Origin: Octopus vulgaris
Lineage: Eukaryota
Direction of reading: 5' to 3'
NCBI GenBank assembly: GCA_951406725.2
Contig: OX597835.1
Coordinates: forward strand, 27,652,001 to 27,716,000
Length of the DNA: 64,000 nt
The notes beneath the pieces were generated by a model that saw nothing but the letters and a program-made list of their open reading frames with translations, had not been told where the DNA came from and did no database searches. Position 1 is the first letter of the stretch; each line of letters starts with the position of its first letter. The position numbers and the translations under genes were made by a program. This document shows, piece by piece, positions 26,101 to 40,370 of this stretch.

Positions 26101-28514
26101 TGTATATCAATGGCTAACTAACTACAAGTATATAAATGACTGTTGAGCTACGTCAAACCTCATCTCCATCAAACCATGCCTAAGATCTAAAATCCTTAGA
26201 TATTTTGGGAACTTTCAAAGATGTATTATTTCTTTTAATACCAACTGCTTTGGATCTATTATACAAATTTCTTATTTTAAAGTAAATTAAAATATACTAT
26301 TAAAATTTAATATTAACTCAAGCTCCGGGCACCAACTTAATAATGATAAAGTTGTTTTATTAAAATCTTCAATATTTTCAAAATTAATTGAAACACATAT
26401 AGTTAAGGTGAGACAGTGTCACATGACAACTTGCTGGGGCTGCCTGCTGGAGTCTAGCGGCAGGTATTTAAAGGGAAAAAATTTGGCAAGTCAGCCAGTC
26501 ACTGGCTGACACTCGCTGATGCTACATCGAAGAGGCCAGGGAACAGAAGAAGAAAGAAGACACGCCTTCAACACCAGAGCTGAAGACACCTACGAAAGGG
26601 GGGGTGGCCACCACGTCAAAACGGTAGAGGAGTAGGGGCCAAAACCAGACGTGGTTCCTCCTGATGATGTCTTGAGCTAACTGGATCCTATAAAGGAGCT
26701 GTTGTGGTAGCAGACCATGAAACACGGTTGTAATTCCTCCAACTGGAATTTGGTAATGAAAGAGTTAAGGTTTGTCTTTGGAGACTGGTGGAAGAAACCC
26801 TGGTGCACATAAACAAAGATGGAAGAAACACATTGCAGATGGCATATTGGTGCCTTTTTGTTTTTAAAAAACAATAATCTGGTTTCATTCCCTACCATCG
26901 ACTATTTTCATACAAATTTTCAATATAATTTGTCTTCATCTCATCCATCCATCTTCTCCACCCTCTAATTCCTGGGAGGGTCATGGGGGTAGAGTCCTTA
27001 GGCACCTCTTCCACAGGGTCCTATCAAAAGCAACCAAACTTTACACCTTCCAACTGAATTCCCATGCATGACCAAACGAGATGTTGAATATTATTCAACC
27101 AGCTTTTTCTTGGTCAAGCCTTAGGTCTTGGTTGAATGGCTGTCTACATGATATAGTATTATCAGTTAGTAAAAAGAGTGATTTAACATTAAAGGAAATA
27201 GTGTGGACTGTTATCAATTAGTAATTAAAATTTTGAAATTAATATTGTTTCTATTATTTCATAAATTTCAGCTTCAGGAACAAAATTTGAATGAAACCAG
27301 TTTTCAAACACCACAGCGAACAGCCATTATTTATATCTGTACGCCAACGAACTGAGATAGAGTAATTTTTATTCATTTCCCTCATTACACATGGATTAAG
27401 ACTAAAACCCCTATTAATTAATAATGGCTTCAGAAAACAGTCCCTTAATGCATTACATCATAATAACAATGAGGCTTGATCATCAGACGGTTTGAATCCA
27501 TTAACCATTTTGCACTGTTCTTGGTATAAATATTCTCTTTGGGATTTTCATCTAAAGCAGTCTGATTTGATTAGCATTAAGTATTTGGTTTAAAGAACAG
27601 GAACTCTAGTGATCAATTATCTTTAACTAGCTCTAGCACAAATTCTTCAGCAGTTGTCTTATTGTTTCATTACATTTTTACTGTAGAAAGCTTTGACTTT
27701 TAAAATTCTCAAGGCAACCCTTGCAGCCTGAAAATCCAAGTTGTAATTGATTAGATGTTTGATTTGGGATGGTGGTTTGATTAAAAATCCTTGCTGCTTT
27801 CATTGTGTGGTAAAGTTGTCTACAAGCAATCTTTTCATTCAAAATAATAAAGCAGTTTTTTTCCCCTCTCCCCACTCCTCATTATTTACATAAAGCTATT
27901 GCATATGTATGACGTGTGCTTTGAACTTATTGGAAGATTCTGCCTTATAACTATATCTTTGGTTTTTGCTATATCTTTTTATACGGTTTCACTATATCTT
28001 TGTCTTCCATTGTTAAAACGATTTCTTTGTTGGCATTGAACTGTTTCGAATTTCTATTGAACCCCCACCTTCCTCTTGAAAGTTAACTTAACATCTTAAT
28101 TTTGATTTTTAGAGATTTTGGTTTCCTTATCTGTTTTTTTTGGGTTTGACATGCGAAACTCTATTATTCAATCTCAGAATTATTTAACAACATATGAAAT
28201 ACATAAACAAATAAATGTAACTCAGGTGTTACTATAGAGTGTCATGTGTCTCATTATTGTAGAAGAGAAATGAATGAAAATAACGAGAAATAAATCACCG
28301 AAATGGAAATGACAAAACAAAAAAAATGGTATTTCTGGATGATAAATCAGCATCAAAAACATTTAACATCCGCTTTCCATGCTGGCATGGGTTGGACACC
28401 TTGACAGGAACTGTCAAGGCCAGGAGCCACACCAGGTTCCATAGACTGTTTTTGCTTGATTTCTACGGTTGGGATTCCCTTCCTAATGTCAACCACTCTA
28501 CAGAGTGTACTGAG

Positions 28515-29000
28515 TGCTTTTTATGTGGCACCAGCACCAGTGTTTTTTATGTGGCACCAGTGCCACCACTGTTTATGTGACACCAGCACCAGAGCTTTTT
28601 TTTATGTGGCATTAGCACCAGTGATTTTTATGTGGCGCCAGCACCAGTGCGTTTTTTTCTTCTGTGACACCAGTACCACTGCTTTTTACATGGCACCATC
28701 ACTTGTGCTTTTTATGTGACAGCAGCACCAATGCTGTTCATGGGACATCAGCACCAGTGCTTTTTACGTGGCACCAGCATTAGTGCTTTTTTATGTGGCA
28801 CCATCACCAATTCTGTTCATGTGACACCAGCACCAGTTCTTTTTCTGGAACCAGCATCAATGCTTTTTATATGGCACCAGCATTAGTGCCTTTTATGTGG
28901 CACCATCACCAATGATTTTCATGTGACACCAGTATCAATGCTTTTTACGTGGCACCAGCACAAGTGCTTTTTTATGTCACCAGCACCAGTGGTTTTTACG
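28515..29000. repeat. ~26-bp degenerate minisatellite grown from SINE family C
   Basis: Repeated TTTTTATGTGGCACCAGCACCAGTGC, contiguous with a minus-strand family C copy. Confidence 0.85.
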
Positions 29001-31175
29001 TGTTTCTAGATGATAAATCATCAACAACATTTATCATCCGCTTTCTATGCTGGCATGGGTTGGCAGGAACAAGCTGACAAGAACTGGCAAGAACAGGGGC
29101 CATGTATACCCACATGCATACATACACATGCAGCGGCACACACAAATGATGGACTTCCATTGCAGTTCCCATCAGCCAAAATTTCACTCACAAGGCATTA
29201 TTAAACAATGTGAAGCTATAGCAGAAAAAACACTTGGCCAAAGTGCAGCTGCATCACAAAACCAAAAACGAAAAAAAAAAAAAGCACATGGTTGCAAGTT
29301 GAACTTCTTAATCAGAAAGCTATGCAGGCGTCAGCTTGTTGCAACCGAATAAATCAAAGTCATCGTAAGTAAATATTTATCCAGCCACATGGCAGCACCA
29401 ATGCAAAAATGTAAATATAATTCTGAGAATTTACTTGCAGCTGTTCAATTACAGAAAAATAATGGAATAATGAAGAATTACGGCCAGAACAATATCTAAA
29501 AGTCTTGAAGAACATGAAATTTTAAAGAAGTCAATTATATATAAATTTAAAATGTTTTTTTTTTGTTTTTTTACTTGCTTCAATCATTATCCCAAGACTT
29601 CTTTTCTGTTTTTTTTTAAGCCTGGTATTCTACTCTTTTTGCTGAACATCTAAGTTACAGGGATGTGAACAAACCAACATCAGTTGCCTAGCTGTATTGG
29701 CTTTTGCCTTTCCCTTGGGCAACATTGGTGGCATGGAGAGGGGAGGTTGGTATGCATGGGTGACTACTGGGCTTCTGTAAATAATCTTGCCCAGACTTGT
29801 GCTTCGGAGGGTAACTTTCTAGGTGCAATCCCATGGTCATTCATGGTCCTCAATACCTACATTTACATATACCTATACACACATTTAAACAAACCATGTC
29901 CAGTCTAAATACCTTGTTTAATGTTCAGACTGGCCTGAATCGGCCTCTCACACCTATCCAACAATGTCATTTTAAAAATAAATGATCATATCATCGAAAT
30001 TTTGAAACTACAAAATATCATCATCATCATCACTTAACATACGCTTTCCATGCCGGCATGGATTGGATGGTTTGACAGGAACTTGACTTTCCATCCAGTA
30101 AAACTGAATTATAGATTTGACAGGAGCTGGCAAACCAGAGGACTGCACCAAACTCCACTGTCTGCTTTGGCATGGATTTTTATGGCTGGATGCCCTTCCT
30201 AATGCCAACCACCTTACAGAGTGAACTGGGCACTTTTTTATGTGGCACCGACACCAGCTTCAGCGAGGTCTGTTTTGGCATGGATTTTTTATGGCTGGAT
30301 GCCTTTCCTAAAGCCAACCCTTCTACAGATAGGACTGAGTGCTTCTGATTAATTCAAAACAAAATGAATAAATAAGCATTACATTTGATTCAATTAAATG
30401 AATGCTAAATAGTTAATATAAGTTACATTGGTAGACATAGTAAAGTATTCATCTTTTATTTGTCTCAATCATTAAACTGTGGCCATGCTGGGGCACCAGC
30501 ATGAAGAATTTTTCGTCAAATATACTGACCCCCTGTACTTGTTTTTAGTCAAGCTTGGTTCTTATTCTATCAGTCTCTCCTGCCAAACCACTAATTTAAA
30601 GGGACATAAACACACCAGTGCAGGTTGTCAAGCAGTTGTGAGGGGACAAAAATAGACACAAACATACGCACAAATACATAGATACAGATAAATAATGGGC
30701 TTCTTTCAGTTTCCGCCTACCAAATCCACTTATAAAGCTTTGGTTGGCCTGAAGCTATAGTTGAAGACACTTGCCCAAGGTGCCATGCTGTGGGACTGAA
30801 CCCTGAATCATGTGGTTGGGAAGCAAGCTTCTTATCACACAGCCATGAAATCAAGATGTCTAAGTATTTAGCTATGGGTATTTCCTCTCTGAGTGGAAAT
30901 CACATAAGCGTCAACTTGTCCTACACTGTTCTACAGGTTGTTAAAAATCGTAAAGCACCAACATACTGGTGCTGTAATGACATCAAGATGATCAACTACA
31001 TCCTCCCACACCAAGAAAGCAAAAAGAAAAAAATGAACCCTTAATAAACCCTGAGTTCTTCAAGCCAATGTGAAACCTTTATGTTATGTTTAGGCTGTTT
31101 GTTGCATTTTGTTTCCATAAAGTCAGAAATCTAAGTTAATTACCTACACACATACATATGCACACATGCATGATT

Positions 31176-31475
31176 TTGTTTGTTCCTTCTCGAGCCACAC
31201 CTGGCTCATAAGGGCCAGTTTCCCGGTTTCCTTGGCGTATAGGTTCCCCACCTTGATGGAACGCCGGTCCGTCGAAGGTGAGCTGCAAGATGCAGGAGGA
31301 AAGAGTAAGAGAAAGTTGTGGCGAAAGAGTCAGCAGAAGTTCGCCATTACCTTCTGCTGGAGCCATGAGGAGATTAGGTGTTTTGCTCATAAACACACAA
31401 ATCGCCCGGTCTGAGATTCGAACCTGCGATCCCTCGACCGCTAGTCCTCTGCTCTAACCACTAGGCCATGTGCCT
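31176..31475 (-). mobile_element. tRNA-derived SINE family D
   Basis: Head TGGCCTAGTGGTTAGAGC...GGTTCGAATC and tail GGCTCGAGAAGGAACAAACAA. Copies at about 3863-4147(-) and 63695-63952(+, internal deletion). Confidence 0.85.
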
Positions 31476-31916
31476 CCATACATGTATGTGTATATCATGT
31501 GCACACTATGTGCACATGCAATACTACATGTGCACATAGAATGCACACATGTGCACATAACTAGCTGTACACATACATGTGTGTATGCTGCACATGTGCA
31601 TGTACATAGTAAGCATGTATGTGCACACAGCAATGCCTATATGTGTATATGCATACATAGAACACACACATGCAAGTGTATATGTCTGTGAACATAGCAT
31701 GCATATATGCACATGTGTGTGTGTGTGTGTCTGTGTGTCTGTGTGCGTATAGCATACCTGCAAATGGATTTCTGTCAGTTTGAACAATTAGTGTTCAGTT
31801 GTTTGATTGACAGAACTCGCAGCTCTTTAGTGTGGAACCGACTGGGAATCCCACATAGAGACATGCACTCTTAACATAATTCCCAGTTGGAATTGGCATG
31901 TGACAAGGCTGGACCT

Positions 31917-32696
31917 TTAACCCTTTCAATACCATACTTCTGGTGAAATGCATCAGCATTGTTTCAATTAATTTTGGAAACAGCGAAGAATTCAACAAAA
32001 TAACTTCGTCGGCATTAAGCTGGTGTTTGAAATATAAATCAATATGGAATCTTGATGGAATGTTTATAATTTAGATCACTTTAACTCTTTAGTTACCATA
32101 TTTTTGTTGAAATACACAGCCATTGTTTCAATTAATGAAAAATTTAGCAAAATAAGTGTCATTGTTAAGCTGGTGTTTGGGACAAAAATTAACAGGAAAT
32201 TTTGATGGATGGCTATAATTTAGATCACTTTAACTCTTTAGTTACCATATTTTTGTTGAAATACACAACCATTGCTTTAATTAATGAAAAATTTAGCAAA
32301 ATAAGTGTCATTGTTAAGCTGGTGTTTGGGACAAAAATTAACAGGAAATTTTGATGGATGGCTATAATTTAGATCACTTTAACTCTTTAGTTACCATATT
32401 TTTGTTGAAATACACAGCCATTGTTCCAATTAATGAAAAATTTAGCAAAATAAGTGTCATTGTTAAGCTGGTGTCTGGGACATAAATTAACAGGAAATTT
32501 TGATGGATGGCTATAATTTAGATCACTTTAACTCTTTAGTTACCATATAAAGTAACTGTCATTATAAAGCTGGTTCTTAGTACATGAATTCACATGGCAT
32601 TTTGACGGAAGATTTTAGTTTAGATCATTTTAAAATTGGAATTCTGTATCATGCCACCAGGGCTGGTCTCAGATTGGTTGGTACGAAAAGAGTTAA
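31917..32696. mobile_element. piggyBac-like MITE with an internal 149-bp tandem array
   Basis: TTAACCCTTT start and AAAAGAGTTAA end. TTAGATCACTTTAACTCTTTAG recurs at 32071, 32220, 32369 and 32518. Confidence 0.7.
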
Positions 32697-33590
32697 ATTA
32701 CAGGGACAATCCATCCTTTGGTTCTCCACAGAGTTGCCATCTTATCAACCAAGTTTCTCGCAAAAGACTTCAGTAAACTTGAGGTTTATGGTAAAACAAT
32801 CATTTCTGGCCTAAGATAATGCTTAGATAAGATTGAGTCTTAGAATTTTATTATTGCTAAGCAACCTGCTTAATCATTCAACCAAGCTGTGTTCACATGC
32901 CCCTGTGTGCTCTGTGTGTGTGTGTGTGTGTGTGCATGCATGTGGATGCGCTTAACTGTTTTTAAACAATCAAAACATGGATATGTACCAAACATAAGCT
33001 TTTTTTAATGAAAAGCCCAGATTTTTTCCCTCTAATGTTTTTGCGAGAAAGAGAGAAGATATAAAAAGAAGTGAATGAGAGAGAGAGAGAGGAGGAATGA
33101 CTGCGGGAGAGATAGAGAAGAGGAGAAAGAGGGAGAAGGGAAGGAGAGAGAGAGATATTTAATTAACAAGAAATTTAGGGCAAAACAAATCTTAGCAACG
33201 AATTTACCTCGTTTTAGTCTTTTATTCCTTAACTTCTTTACCGTTTATCGACCTCCGATGAATTTTCTTCAGAACATCATGCAGTGTTTTGACTCCCAAA
33301 CACACAGCAGAAACCAATGATGATGATGTTGATGATGATGATGTTGATGATGATGATTGTGATGATACCATCTCAAAAAGACATGTACCACAGAGAAGAG
33401 AGAGAGAGGCAGACAGACAGACAGGAGAAAACGAGAGAGAGAGAGAGGTGTTGCTTGCTATTTTAATGATGAAGTGAGGTACAGAATAGAGAAGAGAGAG
33501 AGAGAGAAATAGAGAGGAAGAAAGTATGTGGCATGTGAGTTTTCGTCGGAGAGAAAGGGGAAAAAAGGGAAAAGGAGGAGAAGGGGAGGG

Positions 33591-33656
<66 letters not shown>

Positions 33657-35017
33657 TATCTGCTGTCTAAACGATGATATAATTGATATAAGGTACAGAA
33701 TTGAAAATAGAGAAAGAGAGAGAGAGAGTGAGAGATTTGGTTTTTCTCTCTTAAGTCCTTTAACTTAAAACAGATATAAATAGAAAGTGAGAGAGAAAGA
33801 GAGTGAGAAGTGAGAGAGAGAGAGAGATGTTACCTGCTGTCTAAATGATGACTTAACCCAAAAGACACACAACAGAATAAAAAAAAACGACAGAAAATAT
33901 GAGAGAGAAAAAGTGAGAGAGAGAGGAGGGAGAAGGGGGAGAGAGAGAAGGAGAAAGAAAGAGACAAAGCGACATAGAATTGTTACCTGCTATCTCAACT
34001 GCCATTTTTTTGTGTGTTTTTTGCTTTTTTTCCCCTTTCCCATTTAAATAGCTGCTTCCCAATAGTCATACATACAGAACTATTTTGAGAGTAAAAAAGT
34101 AAAGCGAAAATAAAATTTAAAAAATGAAAAAAAAAACATAAAATAGAATCAAAAACGGTACTGCTGCTGCACCATTCCTTTTATTCTTCCCATGAACAAT
34201 AAGTTGCACATCAGTCAATCCATTGTAAGAACAAGAAAGAAAGAAAGACTATTTTTTGGTGAAAAATTCTAATCCAATTACTCGTTATTTTTGTTCTTCT
34301 TTCTTTCTTTCTTTCCTTTTCTCCTCCCTCTCCCCCTCTCTCTTTCTTTCTTTCTTTTAAGCCATTTTAATAATTCCTAACGAAAAATATTTCCTTCTTA
34401 CATAAATTATGATTCATATATTCTCAATTTAACAAGGTTGTTACACCAAAAATAAACCGGTAGAAAAAAAAAAAAAGAGATGTTATTTTGTTTGTTCGTT
34501 CGTTGTTTATATTTTTCGAAACGAGATCAAACAAATAAACAAACAAAAGTGCAGAAAAAAAACAGACAATAAAACAAAAAAAAAAAGAATCAAGCAAACC
34601 CGATTTTGTTTCTCAAAGAGAAATAAAACACACACAGGTATAGAAATTGTGTAACGGAGAGTAGTTGAGCACGTTGGCAATGAACAGTGTTTAAATGTTG
34701 CGAACTAGTCTCACACAATAACATATCAGTGAACAAGTGGTTTGTTTGTTTTTTTTTTGTTTTTTGGCAGAGCAATTATTATTATTGTTATCATTAAGGT
34801 GGCGAGCTGGCAGAATCGTTAGCAAGCCAGGTGAAATGTTTAGTGGCATTTCGTCTGTCTTTACGTTCTGAGTTCAAATGCTGCCAAGGTCAACTTTGCC
34901 TTTCATACTTTCAGGGTCAATAAATTAAGTACCAGTGAAATAATGGGGTCGATGTTATCAACTAATCACCACTCCCACACCCTGAATTTCAGGACTTGTG
35001 CCTTAAGTAGAAAGGAC

Positions 35018-35089
<72 letters not shown>

Positions 35090-35113
35090 TGTTATTATTA
35101 TTATTATTATTAC

Positions 35114-35158
<45 letters not shown>

Positions 35159-36310
35159 TGTTATTATTATTGTTATTACTATTGTTATTATTATTATTAT
35201 TACTGTTATTACTATTGTTATTATTATTATTATTACTATTATTATTATTATTATTATTATTATAATTATTATTATTATTATTAAGGCCTCACAGAGGAAA
35301 TGATGAAGACCGAGACCTCTGAGATATGCTGTGATGCGAAGACCCAACAAATGAAGTGAGTTCATGGCTTGCAGGATGGCCTGCTGTGCTAACCTTGGAT
35401 CTTGCTAAGCAATGTTCTTGAGGAGACCTATTGAGTCAAGTATGTCAACACCAACATCAAAATTGTAGTTAAGTTACCCGTGCCAGTGGCACGTAAAAAG
35501 CACTATCCGAGCGTGGCTGATGCTAGTGCCACCTGACTGGCGATCGTGTCGGTGACACATGAAAAGCACCAACCAATTGTGGCCGTTTGCCAGCCTCCTC
35601 TGGCTCCTGTGCCAGTGGCATGTAAAAAGCACCCACTACACTCATGGAGTGGTTGCATTAGGAAGGGCATCCAGCTGTAGAAACAGTGCTAGATCAGACT
35701 GGAGCCTGGTGCAGCCTCCTGGCTTCCCAAACCCCGGTCGAACCGTCCAACCCATGCTAGCATGGAAAACGGACATTAAACGATGATGATGATGATGAAC
35801 TGGCAGAATCATTAGCACAGAGGATGTAATGCTTAGTAGCCTTAGTTCATCTTTATGTTCTGAGTTCAAATTCTGCTGAGGTCGACCCCTTTCAGGGTTG
35901 ATGAAATAAGTTCCAGTTGAGCACCAGGGTCTATGTAATCAACTAGTCCCCTCCCCTTAAATTTCAGGCCTTGTACCTTTAGTAGAAAAGATATTATTAT
36001 CATTATTATTATTATCAACATTATTATTATTATTATTCCTGATTTCATATTCCGCTGAAGTCGACTTTGCTTTTCATCCTATCGGAGTCGGTTAAATAAG
36101 TACCAGTTGTGCACTGGGGTTGATGTAACTGACTTAAACCCTTCCCCCAAATATCAAGCATTGTCCCTACAGTAGAAAGGATTATTATTATTATTATTAT
36201 TATTATTATCATCATTTATAAAATAAGGATAAAAATCACGTTAATGATAATTATCAGATAGTCAACATGGAAAAAAGCAATTTATATATATTTATATATT
36301 AAATTAATAA

Positions 36311-36352
<42 letters not shown>

Positions 36353-36610
36353 CTATTTTAGTCACATGTATTTATGGAGTTTTTTCAGCAGCTTCATAAT
36401 GCTTGGACATTAATTCAGTATGGAGAAGATAAGGCTTGTTTTGACTTTTTCCCTTAAAATAATTATATATATGTATATAATCATTAAATTAATATTATTA
36501 TTATCATTATTATTATTAAGTATAGCAAAAAATAATTATAAAGAAAGTATAGCTATACATATATACATATATATATTTATATATATATATACATAATGAT
36601 GAATACTGAC

Positions 36611-36640
36611 CTGTTATAGTCTCCTTCTTCATTGGAACAA
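36611..36640 (-). CDS. unc-13: 30-nt phase 2-2 microexon: (S)CSNEEGDYN
   Basis: tttctttccttttaatatttcag|TTGTTCCAATGAAGAAGGAGACTATAACAG|gtcagt. Paralogous to 16107-16139. Confidence 0.7.
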
Positions 36641-36910
36641 CTGAAATATTAAAAGGAAAGAAAAATGAAAAATAGAGGGAAATGATTATAGCTTTAGGCA
36701 CAAGTAATAAACCATTTGCATTGTACACCATTTTAAAATGATCTAAGGAATGATGAAGGTGGTGGAGACGACGACGACAACAATGATGATGATGGTGATG
36801 ATGATGATGTAGGTGAGGATAATACATTAATCTCCTGACTATCGTGGGTGTTACGTTCCAGCCCCACCCCGTGGTGAGTGAAAATCCACGAAGTAGAAAC
36901 AGTACTGTAA

Positions 36911-37127
36911 ACTCTTTACTCTTTACTCTTTTACTTGTTTCGGTCATTTGACTGCGGCCATGCTGGAGCACCGCCTTTAATCGAGCAAATCGACCCCGGG
37001 ACTTATTCTTTTGTAAGCCCAGTACTTATTCTATCGGTTTCTTTTGCCGAACCGCTAAGTAACGGGGACATAAACACACCAGCATCGGTTGTCAAGCAAT
37101 GCCAGGGGGACAAACACAGACACACAA

Positions 37128-37171
<44 letters not shown>

Positions 37172-37305
37172 ATATACGACTAGCTTCTTTCAGTTTCCGT
37201 CTACCAAATCCACTCACAAGGCTTTGGTCGGCCCGAGGCTATAGTAGAAGACACTTGCTCAAGGTGCCACACAGTGGGACTGAACCCGGAACTTACCACA
37301 CAGCC
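36911..37305 (-). mobile_element. SINE family B (CORE-like CTTGGGCAAGTGTCTT, internal microsatellite, AAAAGAGT tail)
   Basis: Best-preserved copy. Others at about 13774-14120, 20210-20362, 20790-20960, 21665-21810, 24838-25000, 30450-30846 and 48005-48430. Confidence 0.8.
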
Positions 37306-38656
37306 ACTATTTTTATTATTTTTATAATTTGTATGTATTTATTTTATTATAAATGCAAAACAACACCAGAGGAATTGACGTGAGCTTAAATAATAAACCG
37401 TGATAGGTGAACCGCAATGGGGGAACTGCGATTACTATAATATAGGTGATGACGATGATGATGATGATGATAGAGGAGGTAGCAATAAAGATTATGTTTG
37501 TCATGATAATGATGAAGATGATGTTGGTGGTGGTGATGAAAAAGCACTTTCTGTGCCCCACCACCAGCACCACCACCTTAATGGACTAGTATAAGAGGCC
37601 AGAGGTTCCACAAGATTCCTGGTTTCAGAATAGGTACGTTATGTCCTTTTGTGCATGGCCTTGTGGTGGGAGTAACAGGTTCATCAGTATAAAGTCATGG
37701 GTTCAATCCTCCAATCAAGTAACACATTGAATCCTTGAGCAAGGTACTTCATTTCACATTGCTCCAGTGCACTTCAGCTTAAACTTGAGAACCAGTGGCA
37801 CCAGGGGTTAACACTACAACAAACTAGTGCTCACAGCCTAAACCTCTTAAAAATCCAGATGAGCGCTGGCCTTATGAGTGTGTAAATATTATGTCCCTAT
37901 GATTCATAAGAAATAACTAAAGGGGTTGATAACATGAAAGGCATCCAATTGTAAAAACTCTACCTCCATCTAATCCATGCTAATTTTATGTCCCAAACAC
38001 CAGTTGAATAATGGCAAAATTGTTTTACTAACTTCCTCATTATTTCAAAAATTAATTGGAACTAAAGCAGTGTATTTCATTAAAAATATGGTAAGAAAAG
38101 GCTTAAAGTAACCTAAATGAATCAATCAAGGTTCACCAGTTAAATAATGGCAAATTTGTTTTACTAACTTCCTCATTATTTTAAAAATTAATTGGAGCAT
38201 CAGAAATATCGCAAAAAAAGCGATTTAAATTAAGATCTTCTGACAAAGTTTCAAGTCAATTTATGATTCAAACACCACCTTAATAATAGGTAAAGTTATT
38301 TTACTAAATTCTTTATTTTCAAGCGATGTGTTTTAAGAAAAATACGGTAACAAAAGGGTTGCACATGGTGAACTGCAATCAAGCAGATTTATGATGAGAC
38401 CCACTTCAGCTGAGAAGTATCCCACTTTTTGTAAGGACTATGTGACACTACAAGGTTCAACACACATCGCCTTCAATTTAAAATAGTAAGGTATCATATG
38501 AGAGGAGATCTAGCTGTTATTTTTAGCAGCAGCCTGAGCAACTGAACAGACGTTTCCCTCGTTGGCTCATATTTAAAATATGCTTTACATGGTAGCTTTA
38601 AATCAATATTACACGATTAAGATTAATGCATTTGACAGATTGGTGATGTAGAAAAC

Positions 38657-38690
<34 letters not shown>

Positions 38691-38956
38691 TGATGATAAT
38701 GATATTCTAAGCAAAAGCAAACAAACGCACAAACACAGACATATGCACGAACAAAATAATCCTCCTTTATCTGGTCTACGATATAAATTCAAAATGATCC
38801 AATTCTGTAATAATTTGTATCATTTTCATAGATTATCTTTGGAATTAAGATTACCACTTCTTTCAGTTAGAACTGTCACAGAATGATTCCAGTAATCTAA
38901 ATCTGATGCTGGTTTCAGTATACATATTAACTGACACAGTTCCATACATTTATTTC

Positions 38957-39009
<53 letters not shown>

Positions 39010-39095
39010 CATTGTTATTATTATTATTATTATCATTGTTATTATTATCATTGTTATTATTATTATTATTATTATCATTGTTATTATTATTATCA

Positions 39096-39135
<40 letters not shown>

Positions 39136-39955
39136 CATTGTTATTATTATTATTATTATTGTTATTATTATTATTGTTTTATTATTATTATTATTGTTAT
39201 TATTATTATTATTCTGCTTTCTTTGCTAGAACATATGGCAACACATCATATCACTGCGAATCTTCCAATCAAACCACAGCAATTATATTTCCATTTTTTG
39301 TGTTTTAATTGTTGATGCTATCTCTCCGTACCAGCTCCTGACAGAAGCATCAATATTTTTTTTTTCTTTTTCTATTTGCTTTTTGATATTCTTGCTGACA
39401 GGAAGTAGGATTTGATCCCAGAATGTATAAAGCTGGAATAGATATATTGCAAAGCGGCACATTATATCCTTGGACAAGACACTTTATTGCTCACTGCTCC
39501 AGTCCATTCAGCTGGCAAAATTGATAAATACCTGTAATTCAAAGGGCTGGCTTTGTCATATTCTGTGTCATGCCGAATCTCCCCAAGAATTACGCTAAGG
39601 GTATGTTATGTCAATGGAGTGCTCAGCCACTTTTGCATTAATTTCACAAGCAGGGATTTTCCAGTTGATCTGATCAACTGGAACACGAACTCTAACTGAC
39701 CGAATGCTAGAAGTATAACCACATTCTTGGGCATAAATCTTAGCAACAAGATCTCATGTGGATCCTCAAGGGCCACATGGACCTCAGTTGTGACCCCGGC
39801 TCTTGAGCATTCATGGGTAAACTGCAGTCCACAGGACATTCTGAATGGCATACCTAATGCCAATTTACCTTGAATTCATTTAGGTGTGCAGCACACCTGA
39901 TGGTAAGCAATGTGGGAACAAACCACAAATTCATGTATAACGGAATTATTCTAAA

Positions 39956-40370
39956 GGTGGCGAGCTGGCAGAACCGTTAGCACGCCGGGCGAAATGCTTA
40001 GCAGTATTTCGTCTGTCATTACGTTCTGAGTTCAAATTCCGCCGAGGTCGACTTTGCCTTTCATCCTTTCAGGGTCGATAAATAAAGTACCAGTTATGCA
40101 CTGGGGTCGATGTAATCGACTTAATCCGTTTGTCTGTCCTTGTTTGTCCCCTCTGTGTTTAGCCCCTTGTTGCTAGTAAAGAAATAGGTATTTCGTCCGT
40201 CTTTACTTTCTGAGTTCAAATTTCGCCGAGGTCGACTTTACCTTTCATCCTTTCGGGGTCGATTAATAAAGTACCAGTTACACACTGGGATCGACGTAAT
40301 CGACTTAATCCGTTTGTCTGTCCTTGTTTGTCCCCTCTATGTTTAGCCCCTTGTGGGCAGTAAAGAAATA
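39956..40370 (+). mobile_element. tRNA-derived SINE family A (dimeric copy)
   Basis: GGCGAGCTGGCAGAA..GTTAGC (A box), GAGTTCAAATTCC (B box) and a central CTTTCATCCTTTCGGGGTCGATAAA domain (Nin-like, from recall). Other copies at about 1947-2160(-), 2491-2900(-, tandem pair), 34797-35016, 35798-36181, 43614-44240, 47565-47980(-), 48480-48610(-), 62928-63140 and 63250-63455(-). Confidence 0.85.

Noticed and set aside
33205-33310. Possible minus-strand exon with donors at about 33241 and 33208
   Set aside because: No good acceptor and the frames are interrupted; could be a UTR exon but unsupported.
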